From the sequence record SRR2962707_3408: 38,340 nt of DNA. One strand, given 5' to 3'. The notes beneath the pieces are model-generated. The model was not told where the DNA came from and ran no database searches. It saw nothing but the letters and a program-made list of their open reading frames with translations. Below are positions 27,253 to 37,484 of this stretch, in pieces (the first letter of the stretch is position 1; every line of letters starts with the position of its first letter). The position numbers and the translations under genes are program-made.

Positions 27253-27281
27253 AAGAAAACGCCCAGCAGGGCGTTTTCTTT
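27253..27281. terminator. Bidirectional intrinsic terminator
   Basis: AAGAAAACGCCC-agca-GGGCGTTTTCTT. Confidence 0.9.
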
Positions 27282-27297
27282 GCCTAAAACAACAGGA

Positions 27298-27768
27298 TTA
27301 AACGTCTGTTTTAGGACGGAATTTTAGCTGTAATCCCATGATGAAGTTACGCAAGATCTGGTCTTTGCATTCACGGTAATGCTTGTTGTCTGGCTTACGG
27401 AAGAAGGCACTTAGCTCGTGCTTGCTCATGTTGAACTCAGCCAATTGCATGATTTCAAGAATATCTTCCGCTTTCAGATTAAGCGCAATGCGCAGCTTCA
27501 TAAAGATAAGATTATTATTTAGGCGTTTCTCTGGCGCAGGCTGTTCACCTTCGCGCTTGCCACGACGCACATTGATAAAGCCATTTAGAAAAGCGGCCAT
27601 GTCTATATCGACCATAGAGGTGTAACCCTCTTCCTCTTCTTTTTTCATCCACGCGATGATTTGATCACGATTAACCGTTTGATCAGCGGCAGCAAAGATC
27701 TCTTTTACATAAGAATCTTTCAAGTCAAAGGTGTAGCGAAGGCGGCGTAAAATATCGTTATTGGTCAA
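27298..27768 (-). CDS. yehS: DUF1456 family protein (YehS-like)
   Basis: MTNNDILRRLRY, FLNGFI...RG, NNNLIFMKLRIAL and ELSAFFRK...YREC; TTG start. Confidence 0.88.
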   Translation of the reverse strand: MTNNDILRRLRYTFDLKDSYVKEIFAAADQTVNRDQIIAWMKKEEEEGYTSMVDIDMAAFLNGFINVRRGKREGEQPAPEKRLNNNLIFMKLRIALNLKAEDILEIMQLAEFNMSKHELSAFFRKPDNKHYRECKDQILRNFIMGLQLKFRPKTDV

Positions 27769-27927
27769 AGTAGAGTCCTAGTGTTAGGTGTCCAGTACAG
27801 TCAGGGTGAATCACTGGCGATTCAAAGAGCGACTTTAACAGATTTTAGCGTCACTTTTATCAAATATATAAAGATATTTGCCTAACACGGCGCGTTTTCA
27901 TCCATCGTGAGTAGCGTGATATCGCGT

Positions 27928-27968
27928 AAAAAAACCTAACACACTGAGTCTGTTAGGTTTCTGTTTTT
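27928..27968. terminator. Terminator downstream of ugd
   Basis: AAACCTAACA...TGTTAGGTTT with an A7 run on the left (U tract on the minus strand). Confidence 0.75.
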
Positions 27969-28005
27969 CTTAAGGCATTGTTTCTCTCGCGATGGCGCTG
28001 CGAAT

Positions 28006-29187
28006 TTAGTCTTTACCGAATAAATCTCGGGTATAAACCTTATCCGCCACGTCGCTCAGCTCGTCGGTCATGCGGTTACTCATGATGACATCCGCCGCGA
28101 CTTTAAACTCAGCAAGGTCACGATAGACTGTTGAGTGGAAGAAGTTGTCTTCTTCTAATTCTGGTTCAAAAACAATGACTTCAATACCTTTGGCTTTCAA
28201 ACGTTTCATGACGCCTTGAATCGCCGATGCGCGGAAGTTGTCTGAACCTGTTTTCATCACTAAGCGATACACGCCCACGACGCTAGGATTGCGTTTGATG
28301 ATGGCATCGGCAATAAAGTCTTTACGTGTGGTGTTAGAGTCCACAATGGCACGGATCAGGTTGTTCGGCACATTGTCGTAATTGGCCAGCAGCTGCTTGG
28401 TGTCTTTTGGTAGGCAGTAGCCGCCGTAACCAAAAGAAGGGTTGTTGTAGTGCGCGCCAATACGAGGGTCTAGGCCGACGCCTTCGATCACTTGCTTAGA
28501 GCTGAGGCCAAAGGCTTCACAGTAAGAATCAAGCTCGTTGAAGTAGGCCACACGCATGGCCAAATAGGTATTAGAGAAAAGCTTAACGGCTTCGGCTTCG
28601 GTGGCGTCGGTAAACAAGGTGGGAACCTCTTGTTTGATCGCGCCTTCTTGCAACAAAGCAGCGAACACTTTCGCGCGCTCGGAGTCTTCTCCAACGATAA
28701 TACGAGACGGGTGAAGGTTGTCGTAAAGGGCTTTGCCTTCACGCAAAAACTCAGGCGAGAACAGAATATTATCTGTACCAAATTTGGCTTTTACTTCCGC
28801 TGTGTAGCCGACAGGGATAGTCGACTTGATGACCATAACCGCGCTTGGGTTGACCGCCAACACATCCGCAATAACACTTTCTACCGAGCTGGTATTGAAG
28901 TAATTGGTTTCAGGGTCATAGTCTGTTGGCGTGGCAATTACCACGAAGTCTGCGTTCTGATAAGCCTGTGTTTTGTCTTCGGTGGCGACAAAATCGAGCG
29001 TCTTAGTGGCAAGGAAATCTTCGATTTCTGCATCGCTAATAGGCGACTGTCCTTGGTTTAGCATGGACACACGCTCTGCGACGATATCAACCGCTGTGAC
29101 TTTATGGTTCTGGGCCAGCAACATGGAGATAGACAGGCCAACATAGCCTGTTCCCGCAACGGCAATCTGGTATTTTTTAGTCGTCAA
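28006..29187 (-). CDS. ugd: UDP-glucose 6-dehydrogenase
   Basis: [21 protein letters not shown], catalytic [19 protein letters not shown] start. Confidence 0.96.
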   Translation of the reverse strand: MTTKKYQIAVAGTGYVGLSISMLLAQNHKVTAVDIVAERVSMLNQGQSPISDAEIEDFLATKTLDFVATEDKTQAYQNADFVVIATPTDYDPETNYFNTSSVESVIADVLAVNPSAVMVIKSTIPVGYTAEVKAKFGTDNILFSPEFLREGKALYDNLHPSRIIVGEDSERAKVFAALLQEGAIKQEVPTLFTDATEAEAVKLFSNTYLAMRVAYFNELDSYCEAFGLSSKQVIEGVGLDPRIGAHYNNPSFGYGGYCLPKDTKQLLANYDNVPNNLIRAIVDSNTTRKDFIADAIIKRNPSVVGVYRLVMKTGSDNFRASAIQGVMKRLKAKGIEVIVFEPELEEDNFFHSTVYRDLAEFKVAADVIMSNRMTDELSDVADKVYTRDLFGKD

Positions 29188-29213
29188 AATATCTTCCTAC
29201 GTTATCAGTATAA

Positions 29214-30230
29214 TTAGTGGGTTGAGCCATAAAAGTCACGGTACCAGTCGACAAAATTCTGCATGCCGTCTTCGATACTGGTGGCTGGCTTAAAACCGGT
29301 ACTTTCTATTAGTTCATCAATGTCGGCAAACGTCAGTGGCACATCGCCCGCTTGCATTGGCAAATGGTTTTCTTGGGCTTTCTTGCCACAGGCGCTTTCA
29401 ATGGCGTCAATAAAGCGTCGTAATTCAATTGGCTGATTGTTGCCAATATTAAATACTTTATAAGGCGCGGTCGCTGCGGTAATTTCGCTTTCCATCTTCG
29501 TTGGTATGGTACCTATAACGCGCACAATGCCTTCAACAATGTCGTCAATATAGGTGAAGTCACGCTTCATCTGACCATGGTTATAAACGTCGATTGGCTG
29601 GTCTTCGAAAATCGCTTTGACAAATTTATAGGCCGCCATATCTGGGCGACCCCAAGGACCGTACACGGTAAAAAAGCGTAGTCCGGTCGTTGGAATGTCA
29701 TAAAGATGGCTGTAAGAATGCGCCATGAGTTCGTTCGATTTTTTGGTGGCCGCGTACAGACTAATAGGATAGTCGACTCTGTCTTCTGTGCTAAACGGCT
29801 GCTTTTTATTCATCCCATACACAGAGCTAGAAGACGCATACACAAGGTGCTTCACCTTGGTTTGGCGACAGCCTTCTAGAATATTCGCAAAGCCCACTAG
29901 GTTAGAATCAATATAGGCTTGCGGATTTTCAATCGAGTAACGTACCCCGGCTTGGGCGGCTAAATTTACCACCACATCGAACTGTTCGTCCTCGAAGAGG
30001 GTCGCCATGGCGTCACGATCTGCTAAATCCATTTTAATAAAACGAAAGCGGTCTTGTGCTTGGTGAGAGTCTTTGAAACGAGCGAGGTCATCAAGGCGTG
30101 CGATTTTTAACGCCGGGTCGTAATAATCGTTGAGATTATCGATGCCCACAACGTCATCACCTCGAGCAAGGAGTGGTTTAATTAAACCGTGTCCAATGAA
30201 CCCAGCGGCTCCGGTTACTAATACTTTCAC
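29214..30230 (-). CDS. NAD-dependent epimerase, UDP-glucuronate 4-epimerase type (Uge/CapI/LpsL-like)
   Basis: TGAAGFIG, LAAQAGVRYS, ASSSSVYG, YAATK, RFFTVYGPWGRPDMA; GTG start. Confidence 0.92.
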   Translation of the reverse strand: MKVLVTGAAGFIGHGLIKPLLARGDDVVGIDNLNDYYDPALKIARLDDLARFKDSHQAQDRFRFIKMDLADRDAMATLFEDEQFDVVVNLAAQAGVRYSIENPQAYIDSNLVGFANILEGCRQTKVKHLVYASSSSVYGMNKKQPFSTEDRVDYPISLYAATKKSNELMAHSYSHLYDIPTTGLRFFTVYGPWGRPDMAAYKFVKAIFEDQPIDVYNHGQMKRDFTYIDDIVEGIVRVIGTIPTKMESEITAATAPYKVFNIGNNQPIELRRFIDAIESACGKKAQENHLPMQAGDVPLTFADIDELIESTGFKPATSIEDGMQNFVDWYRDFYGSTH

Positions 30231-30449
30231 ATCGTCTCTCTTAATCTAAAGATAGGGTATCGCCATAGTATAAAGAATAGTGCCGTGAAAAAAGATGAAA
30301 AAAAGGCACAAAGCTTAGAATATCTGCATTTTATCGCCATTTGATAACGAGTGTTGACGCAAATAAGAGCGAATAAAACAGCACCAAGAAAGCGAGGTGC
30401 TGTGATTGGAATGGGGAGGCCGAGCCAAATTAAATTAACGACGACACGT

Positions 30450-31499
30450 TTAGGTATTCGAAACGCGTCTAAGAATTTCTAAAAATGCGTTAACCGAATC
30501 ATTGGACGCCGATTCATGCATGGTGTGATAGCCGGTGGTGGGAATCTGAATGGTGGTGCCATCAACCAAGCCATTAGACGCCGCAATGATGCGACCTAAT
30601 TCTGTACTGCCGATTGATGAAGGCGGTAAACCATTGGCCTCTCGCTTTTTATTTTCAGCTTCTGCATAGCGATTTTTGAAGAGGTAACTTATGCCACTTT
30701 TCACACAGAGCGCTTCAATAAGCTGAGTCGTTTCTGGGTTAAACGTGGCGTTGGCGTCTTTTTCCCGTAGCACGATTTGCTGCTCATTGGCTGAGGCAAC
30801 GCTAGGAAAAGGGCTGGTGTCGATAACAAATAAGCGGTTGGTCGAGCCGCCAAAACGACGGAACCACTCTAATAAATAACGCCAGCTTTTGCCGGACTCT
30901 TCTTGTGCGGTAAAAAACGCCGTACCTTTAAAGCCAAGACTAAACAAATGCACCAACGCAGCCGCCGAGATAACGTTATCCAATTGGCCTGCAAGGCGGT
31001 CTTCCTTGATATGCAGCTTGTCTTTAAAAGCAATTGGTGTGCCTGCGACCACGCCTTCTAATCCGTCGATTTCAAAAATTAAGTTGTTGCGAAACTCGCA
31101 GATATAAGCGTGTTTGATGACGCCTTTGCCACGATAAACACCGGACCAAGGCTCATAGGCATAGACATTTTCATGGTGGAAGCGCTCGGTGATTTTACTC
31201 ATTAACTCTTCAGAAACGGAGTTGTTCAGTAGATCAGTGCGATTCGCAGAGACAAAGGCGGCGTACTGGAATTCATTCGGCCCAGTACAGACCAAGCCAT
31301 GGCGGTCGATGTGTGCCGAGAACATAGTGCTCATTGGTTCACTGCCTTGGGCAACCAATAACCCTTCATACCAGGTGACCTTGGCGCCACGCTCTTCTAA
31401 CTCACGCTGCAATACGCGGAAAAAAGAATGTTCTGCGCCAACCACGCTAGGCTGTCGAATCAATAACTTGAGCACATCAATAAAATCATCACTTAACAT
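30450..31499 (-). CDS. M42/M28-like dinuclear metallopeptidase
   Basis: Metal-ligand motifs SAHID, LDN, AQEE, IDTS and YHT. Confidence 0.82.
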   Translation of the reverse strand: MLSDDFIDVLKLLIRQPSVVGAEHSFFRVLQRELEERGAKVTWYEGLLVAQGSEPMSTMFSAHIDRHGLVCTGPNEFQYAAFVSANRTDLLNNSVSEELMSKITERFHHENVYAYEPWSGVYRGKGVIKHAYICEFRNNLIFEIDGLEGVVAGTPIAFKDKLHIKEDRLAGQLDNVISAAALVHLFSLGFKGTAFFTAQEESGKSWRYLLEWFRRFGGSTNRLFVIDTSPFPSVASANEQQIVLREKDANATFNPETTQLIEALCVKSGISYLFKNRYAEAENKKREANGLPPSSIGSTELGRIIAASNGLVDGTTIQIPTTGYHTMHESASNDSVNAFLEILRRVSNT

Positions 31500-31790
31500 G
31501 TAAGGTTTTCTCTAGCAGTGAACCGGATGGCTGATCATAGAGTTTTTTTTATTTTTTAACAGCGATAAATAGCGGAAAAACAGCGCTTAGCGTATTTAAA
31601 ATGACGAGATTTAACTAACACTTTTAAAATGTCTCACAAATGAATAACATACATAATATTTACACTATTCAAGCGCATTTTTTAATTTTTAAAATGGATG
31701 AATAGTCGTGTTTTAGCGATGTTATTTCACCCATAAACATGGGCATTTTGCTCATGTTTTTATCAGAAACCGTTTGAATAGGGATAGAAA

Positions 31791-32333
31791 ATGCGTTTTA
31801 GAAATATTATCTGGTGTGCCGGCCTCGCATTAGTTGGCTGTGCTGGGCATGTAGATCAAGCATCAGAACAAAAAACAATTCGCGCGTTTTATATGAAAAA
31901 ACTGACGGTTAATTTATCCGAGTCTGTTGAAGCGATTCCTGGCAGCAAACAGTTTGCTTCTGAGAGTAAACTGAGCAAAGACTTCGCCTATTCGATTCAT
32001 AAACACCTAGTAGAAGAAGGCCTTTATGCTTCTAAACCGGGGCCTAATGTGGGCGAATTAGACATTACCATTGATTATTTACGCCGTTATAAAATGGGAG
32101 GGCGAGCTCTGAGTCGTCCATTAGTCTCTCATCAGGTCATGGTGTCTCAAGGTAATCAAACGCTTGCCAAGCTGGTGCAAAACAATTACACCCCTTTGTA
32201 TGGTTATTTTAAAGCGGTTTACGTCAATATTGAGCGTGCCATTCATCAATGGGACGAAAAAGACGAACACGTAGACGCAGACAATATCAGTGAATCTTTA
32301 GTGGAAGATTTAGAAGAGAAATTTGATCTGTAG
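31791..32333 (+). CDS. Hypothetical lipoprotein
   Basis: Basic N-terminus, hydrophobic core and lipobox LVGC; no family recognised. Confidence 0.75.
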   Translation: MRFRNIIWCAGLALVGCAGHVDQASEQKTIRAFYMKKLTVNLSESVEAIPGSKQFASESKLSKDFAYSIHKHLVEEGLYASKPGPNVGELDITIDYLRRYKMGGRALSRPLVSHQVMVSQGNQTLAKLVQNNYTPLYGYFKAVYVNIERAIHQWDEKDEHVDADNISESLVEDLEEKFDL

Positions 32334-32368
32334 TTTTCTCGTCACGTTTGGCTGACTCTCTAATGAAT

Positions 32369-32408
32369 AAAAAGGCGTGATTCTTGGTTTAAGAATCACG
32401 CCTTTTTT
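32369..32408. terminator. Bidirectional intrinsic terminator
   Basis: AAAAAGGCGTGATTCTT-ggttt-AAGAATCACGCCTTTTTT. Confidence 0.9.
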
Positions 32409-32462
32409 GATGCCAAAACAATGCTAAACAGCAGAGAAAGTTACTCTCTTAGAAGAGTAAAC

Positions 32463-34190
32463 TTATTTTTTCTGCCACGATTTAAGCAACTCGTCATAAG
32501 CCACGGTCACCCCTTGAGGTTTCTCGTTAGCCAATTTGGCTTTGGGTGCGCCAGGTTGCGCTAACCAGTAAGCTTCATCACGTGGTTCGTTGAGCTTAGG
32601 ACCACAGTTAGGCTGTACTTTAGCGCGTTCTAAACGTCCCATTACCTTATCTTGAGCCGCCGCAAGGCCGTTCAACGCTTCTTGAGGTGTTGCTTCACCG
32701 CTGGCCGCTTGTGAAACGTATTGCCACCAAAGCTGAGCCAGTTTTGGGTAATCTGGTACGTTAGTACCGGTAGGGCTCCACTCGGTACGTGCTGGGCTAC
32801 GATAGAACTCAACCAAACCACCTAGGTTTGGCGCTGCGTCCGTCATCGCTTGAGAGTTGATGTCGGATTCACGAATCGGCGTTAAGCCGACCAAGGTTTT
32901 TTTCAAAGACACCGTTTTAGACGTGGTGAACTGAGCATACAACCAAGCCGCTAGACGACGTTTTTCAGGCGTGGATTTCATAAAGGTCCAAGAGCCAACG
33001 TCTTGATAACCTTTTTTCATGCCTTGCTCCCAGTATGGCCCAACAGGAGACGGTGCCATGCGCCATTTTGGCGTGCCGTCTTCATTCACCACAGGTAGGC
33101 CTTTTTTGGTCATGTCTGCGGTAAAGGCGGTGTACCAGAAAATTTGCTGAGCAACGTTACCTTGAGCCGGTACCGGACCAGATTCAGAGAAGGTCATACC
33201 TTGTGCTTCTGGTGGCGCGTAGCTACTCAACCAATCAACGTATTTCTGAGTGGCATAAACGGCCGCTGGACCATTTGTTGCTCCACCACGAGACACACTC
33301 GAACCGACCGGATGACAATTTTCGACACGGATACCCCATTCGTCTACCGGTAAGCCATTTGGCAAGCCTTTGTCGCCAGCACCGGCCATAGAGAACCAAG
33401 CATCAGTGAAACGCCAGCCAAGTGAAGGGTCTTTTTTACCGTAATCCATGTGGCCGTATACGCGTTTGCCATCCAGGTTTTTCACTTTATCGGTGAAGAA
33501 CTCAGCGATGTCTTGATAAGCAGACCAGTTTACTGGCACGCCTAGGTCGTAGCCGTAAATGGATTTAAATTTTGCTTTTAGATCTGGGCGCGCAAACCAA
33601 TCGGCGCGGAACCAATAAAGGTTGGCGAATTGTTGGTCAGGAAGTTGATACAATTTACCGTCTGGTCCAGTGGTAAAGGACAGGCCGATAAAGTCATCTA
33701 GATCCAAGGTTGGCGAGGTATAATCTTTGCCATCGCCCGCCATCATGTCGGAAATTGGCACCACTTTACCATAGCGGAAGTGGGTACCGATCAGATCGGA
33801 GTCATTGATGTAGGCGTCATAAATATTACGGCCTGACTGCATTTGAGTTTGCAGTTTTTCAATCACATCCCCTTCTTGAATCAAGTCATGGTGCAGATTA
33901 ATGCCAGTGATTTCAGTAAAGGCTTTGGCCAATACTTGGGACTCGTATTTGTGCGTGGTGAGTGTTTCTGACGCAACGTTTATGTCCATGCCTCGGAAGC
34001 TTTTTGCGGCTTCAGTAAACCAGTGCATTTCCTCAAGCTGTTGCTGTTTGCTTAGCGTCGAGACAGTAAACTCGTTGTCTACCCATTTTTCTGCGGCATC
34101 TGAGTATTGATCAGCCCACAGTGAAGCAGAATGAAGCATCACCGCGATGGGTAAGGCTGCCAGTGCAATTTTTTTCTTATTGTAGTGCAT
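32463..34190 (-). CDS. glpV: Glycerol-type ABC transporter substrate-binding protein
   Basis: Large family-1 SBP with EGDVIEKLQTQMQSG, DSDLIGTH, LPDQQFANLYWFR and GYQDVGSW; start at ATG 34190 (GAGG SD). Confidence 0.85.
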   Translation of the reverse strand: MHYNKKKIALAALPIAVMLHSASLWADQYSDAAEKWVDNEFTVSTLSKQQQLEEMHWFTEAAKSFRGMDINVASETLTTHKYESQVLAKAFTEITGINLHHDLIQEGDVIEKLQTQMQSGRNIYDAYINDSDLIGTHFRYGKVVPISDMMAGDGKDYTSPTLDLDDFIGLSFTTGPDGKLYQLPDQQFANLYWFRADWFARPDLKAKFKSIYGYDLGVPVNWSAYQDIAEFFTDKVKNLDGKRVYGHMDYGKKDPSLGWRFTDAWFSMAGAGDKGLPNGLPVDEWGIRVENCHPVGSSVSRGGATNGPAAVYATQKYVDWLSSYAPPEAQGMTFSESGPVPAQGNVAQQIFWYTAFTADMTKKGLPVVNEDGTPKWRMAPSPVGPYWEQGMKKGYQDVGSWTFMKSTPEKRRLAAWLYAQFTTSKTVSLKKTLVGLTPIRESDINSQAMTDAAPNLGGLVEFYRSPARTEWSPTGTNVPDYPKLAQLWWQYVSQAASGEATPQEALNGLAAAQDKVMGRLERAKVQPNCGPKLNEPRDEAYWLAQPGAPKAKLANEKPQGVTVAYDELLKSWQKK

Positions 34191-34258
34191 GATGTACCTC
34201 AACATAGTTTAATTTTCTGGTGGCGTCCGTGCCGAATAGTCCTGGTCGTACTGGTGGT

Positions 34259-34531
34259 TTAGCCCCAACGCATTAGGATGATCATCCAAATAGCGCAAAG
34301 GACGGTTGCCACCGCAAGGTTTGCATCCGTTAACGCAACGAACACGAGATGAATAAAGGCGCTGCTCAGCAGGCCAATAAACAAACGATCGCCTCGTGTG
34401 GTGTCGAGCGGTAAAAAGCCTCGACGCTCCACACAAGGGGAAGCGATTTGCCACGCGGTCATCCCCACTAGGATGACCCCAATGCCAATAAAAAAGAGCG
34501 CGGTTGGTAGTGTCCAAGACATCCAAGCCAT
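34259..34531 (-). CDS. glpU: DUF2160 small membrane subunit of the glycerol ABC system
   Basis: WMSWTLPTALFF...RRGFLPLDTTRGDRLFIGLL; lies between the permease and SBP genes. Confidence 0.85.
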   Translation of the reverse strand: MAWMSWTLPTALFFIGIGVILVGMTAWQIASPCVERRGFLPLDTTRGDRLFIGLLSSAFIHLVFVALTDANLAVATVLCAIWMIILMRWG

Positions 34532-34542
34532 AATAATTCTCC

Positions 34543-35457
34543 TTACACTCGACCAAGGGCAAAGCCCTTCGCCACATGGTTACGAACAAAGTAAATGACC
34601 AACATGCCAGGAATAATAGTGAGCACACCGGCGGCGGCGAGCAGCCCCCAGTCCATCCCCGAGGCGGAGACTGTTCGGGTCATGATGGCAGCGATCGGTT
34701 TGGCCTCGACCGAGGTTAAGGTGCGCGCCAATAGCAATTCGACCCAAGAAAACATAAAACAGAAGAACGCAGTAACCCCTATGCCTGAACGTATTAAAGG
34801 AATAAAAATACGCACAAAGAACTTCGGAAAGGTGTAGCCATCAATATAGGCGGTTTCGTCTATTTCGCGAGGAACGCCACTCATAAATCCTTCTAAAATC
34901 CAGACCGCCAATGGCACGTTAAACAAACAGTGAGCCAAGGCCACCGCAATGTGAGTATCAAATAACCCCACAGAGGAATAGAGCTGGAAGAAAGGCAATA
35001 AGAACACCGCAGGTGGCGCCATACGGTTCGACAATAACCAGAAGAACATGTGCTTATCACCAACAAAGCGATAACGGCTGAAGGCGTAGGCGGCTGGTAA
35101 GGCGACCAACAAGCTGATGACCATGTTCATCACCACGTACAAAGTGGAGTTGATGTACCCCATGTACCAAGTGGGATCACCAAAGATCTTCGCGTAGTTA
35201 TCCAAGGTGAAATGCTCAGGGAAGAAAGACAAGCCACTGAGGATCTCGGTATTGGTTTTAAAGGACATGTTGATCAGCCAATAAATAGGCAATAACAACA
35301 GGACTAAATAAATCACCATGCCTAGGCGGCTACGGCGCGTCGCATTGCGGGCTTTACGCTCCGCACGACTGTAAACCGGCGCTTGAACCGTCTCGGCGGT
35401 GCCGTACGTTTTTGCCGCGGACGATTTGTTGGTGTGTGTCGTAGATGATTGCGTCAT
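34543..35457 (-). CDS. glpQ: Carbohydrate (glycerol) ABC transporter permease (Rhizobium-type GlpQ, not the phosphodiesterase)
   Basis: EAA loop EIDETAYIDG, NRMAPPAVF, C-terminal KGFALGRV. Confidence 0.85.
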   Translation of the reverse strand: MTQSSTTHTNKSSAAKTYGTAETVQAPVYSRAERKARNATRRSRLGMVIYLVLLLLPIYWLINMSFKTNTEILSGLSFFPEHFTLDNYAKIFGDPTWYMGYINSTLYVVMNMVISLLVALPAAYAFSRYRFVGDKHMFFWLLSNRMAPPAVFLLPFFQLYSSVGLFDTHIAVALAHCLFNVPLAVWILEGFMSGVPREIDETAYIDGYTFPKFFVRIFIPLIRSGIGVTAFFCFMFSWVELLLARTLTSVEAKPIAAIMTRTVSASGMDWGLLAAAGVLTIIPGMLVIYFVRNHVAKGFALGRV

Positions 35458-35466
35458 GATCCGCTC

Positions 35467-36336
35467 CTACTTGTCTTTTTGCATGTTCATGATGGTGGTG
35501 TAGAACACCCAACACACCAACAAGATGATAAGGAAATACACCAAAGAGAACGCCGCCGCAGGACCTAGGTCAAATTGGCCGATGGCTTGCTGTACTAAGG
35601 CTTGGCTTAAGAAGGTCGTCGAGCTACCTGGGCCGCCACCAGTGAGTACAAACGGTTCGGTGTAGATCATAAAAGAGTCCATAAAACGCAATAACACACC
35701 AATAATCAGTACGTTGGTGAGCTTCGGCAGTTGGATATAACGGAACACTGCCCAGCGTGACGCTTGATCGATGCGCGCCGCTTGATAATAGACTTCAGGG
35801 ATCGCCCGTAAACCGGAATAGCACAACAAGGCGACCAGCGGTGTCCAATGCCAAACGTCCATTAAAACCACGGTAGACCAGGCATCCACTGGGTCTGATG
35901 CGTAGTTATAATCGACGCCGATAGCGCCCATGAAAGCACCGAACAAACCTATGTCTTCGCGTCCAAAAATTTGCCAAATAGTACCGACCACGTTCCAAGG
36001 AATCAGCAGAGGGATCGCCACTAAGATTAAGCACAAAGAGGCGCTTTTTCCTTTGGTTGGCATCATCAATGCGACACCGATTCCGAGTGGAATTTCGATC
36101 AGCAAAATAGTGAAAGAGAACAAGAACTGGCGGATCAAGGCATCGTGCAGACGACTGTCTAGCATCACTTGCTTGAACCATTCTGCGCCCACAAAATAGC
36201 TGGTGTTTTGGTCAAAAATATCTTGTACCGAATAATTCACCACCGTCATCAAAGGGATGATGGCGGAAAAGGCCACAATGATAAAAACCGGTAAAACAAG
36301 GAACCACGCCTTGTTGTTTTCGACTTTAGTTTGCAT
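35467..36336 (-). CDS. glpP: Carbohydrate (glycerol) ABC transporter permease (Rhizobium-type GlpP)
   Basis: DVWHWTPL, YYQAARIDQAS, LTGGGPG and GQFDLGPAAA. Confidence 0.85.
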   Translation of the reverse strand: MQTKVENNKAWFLVLPVFIIVAFSAIIPLMTVVNYSVQDIFDQNTSYFVGAEWFKQVMLDSRLHDALIRQFLFSFTILLIEIPLGIGVALMMPTKGKSASLCLILVAIPLLIPWNVVGTIWQIFGREDIGLFGAFMGAIGVDYNYASDPVDAWSTVVLMDVWHWTPLVALLCYSGLRAIPEVYYQAARIDQASRWAVFRYIQLPKLTNVLIIGVLLRFMDSFMIYTEPFVLTGGGPGSSTTFLSQALVQQAIGQFDLGPAAAFSLVYFLIILLVCWVFYTTIMNMQKDK

Positions 36337-37480
36337 CTTCTACCTCCTGGGTTGCCGAGGTAGCCATAGGCGTACTGGCTTCCACCAAATACTCATTCAC
36401 ATACACCTTGGTCCACTGTTCTGGGAAACTCACAAAGATCTGCCCAGACGGCACTTTTTGGTCTTCACTCAGACGAGCTTTCATCATCTGACCGTTAAAC
36501 AGGAATGAGAGGATCTTGTAGGTGCCTAGATCTTCTACATAATCGACCTCTGCCTGATAGGCGTCGTCGTTTTTGCCATCCCAAACGTGAACAAACTCCG
36601 GACGGATGCCCAGTCGTAGTTTGGTCGCCGCCATGTTTTTTAAGGTTGTTAGTACGTCACTTCGAATTGCTATTTCATGTTCGCCAAACATCACCCGTGT
36701 GTGGCCTTGGTGGTCAGTTTGCAGTTCGGCGTCAAAAAAGTTCATGCCTGGGCTGCCAATGAAATACCCAACAAAGGTATGCGCTGGGTTTTCAAACAGC
36801 TCTCGTGGGGTGCCAAATTGGACGATTTGCCCGTTGTACATCACCGCAATTTTATCGGCGAAAGTGGAAGCTTCTAATTGGTCATGGGTGACATACACCA
36901 TGGTGATATTGAATTGCTCATGGATTTGCTTGAGCTTTCGGCGCAATTTCCATTTTAATTGTGGGTCGATCACGGTTAATGGTTCGTCGAATAAAATCGC
37001 CGATACGTCATCGCGAACCAAGCCACGTCCCATGGAGACTTTTTGTTTTTGGTCTGCTGACAGCCCTTTCGCTTTGCGTTTGAGTTGATCAGACAGTTCT
37101 AAAATCTCAGCGACCTCATGAACTTTCGAGGTGACCTTATGGGCTGGCACGCCAATATTGCGCAATGGAAACGCCAGATTGTCGAACACCGTCATGGTGT
37201 CGTACACCACAGGGAATTGGAAAACCTGAGCAATGTTGCGCTCTTCAGGTTTCAGCTCATTGACGCGTTTTCCATCGAATAAGACTTCGCCATCAGACGG
37301 TTCCAGCAAGCCGGAAATAATATTGAGCAGGGTGGACTTACCACAACCAGAAGGGCCGAGCAGGGCAAACGCGCCGCCTTGCTCCCAGACGTGAGACATC
37401 TCGCGGATGGCGTAGTCTTCGGCTTTACTTGGGTTCTCACTGTAGCTGTGAGCGAGTGTATTGAGTGTGATTTCAGCCAT
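36326..37480 (-). CDS. glpT: Glycerol ABC transporter ATP-binding protein (Rhizobium-type GlpT, not the MFS GlpT)
   Basis: GPSGCGKS, VFQFPVVY, degenerate signature LSADQ, ILFDEP, YVTHD and a C-terminal OB/TOBE region. Confidence 0.85.
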   Translation of the reverse strand: MAEITLNTLAHSYSENPSKAEDYAIREMSHVWEQGGAFALLGPSGCGKSTLLNIISGLLEPSDGEVLFDGKRVNELKPEERNIAQVFQFPVVYDTMTVFDNLAFPLRNIGVPAHKVTSKVHEVAEILELSDQLKRKAKGLSADQKQKVSMGRGLVRDDVSAILFDEPLTVIDPQLKWKLRRKLKQIHEQFNITMVYVTHDQLEASTFADKIAVMYNGQIVQFGTPRELFENPAHTFVGYFIGSPGMNFFDAELQTDHQGHTRVMFGEHEIAIRSDVLTTLKNMAATKLRLGIRPEFVHVWDGKNDDAYQAEVDYVEDLGTYKILSFLFNGQMMKARLSEDQKVPSGQIFVSFPEQWTKVYVNEYLVEASTPMATSATQEVEDAN

Positions 37481-37484
37481 GATC

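Noticed and set aside
28492-29061. 189-aa plus-strand ORF
   Set aside because: Antisense shadow wholly inside ugd, with no recognisable motifs.
34209-34628. 139-aa minus-strand ORF
   Set aside because: Alternative frame over glpU and the end of glpQ, which have clear family motifs.
36606-37088. 160-aa plus-strand ORF
   Set aside because: Antisense shadow of the ABC ATPase gene.
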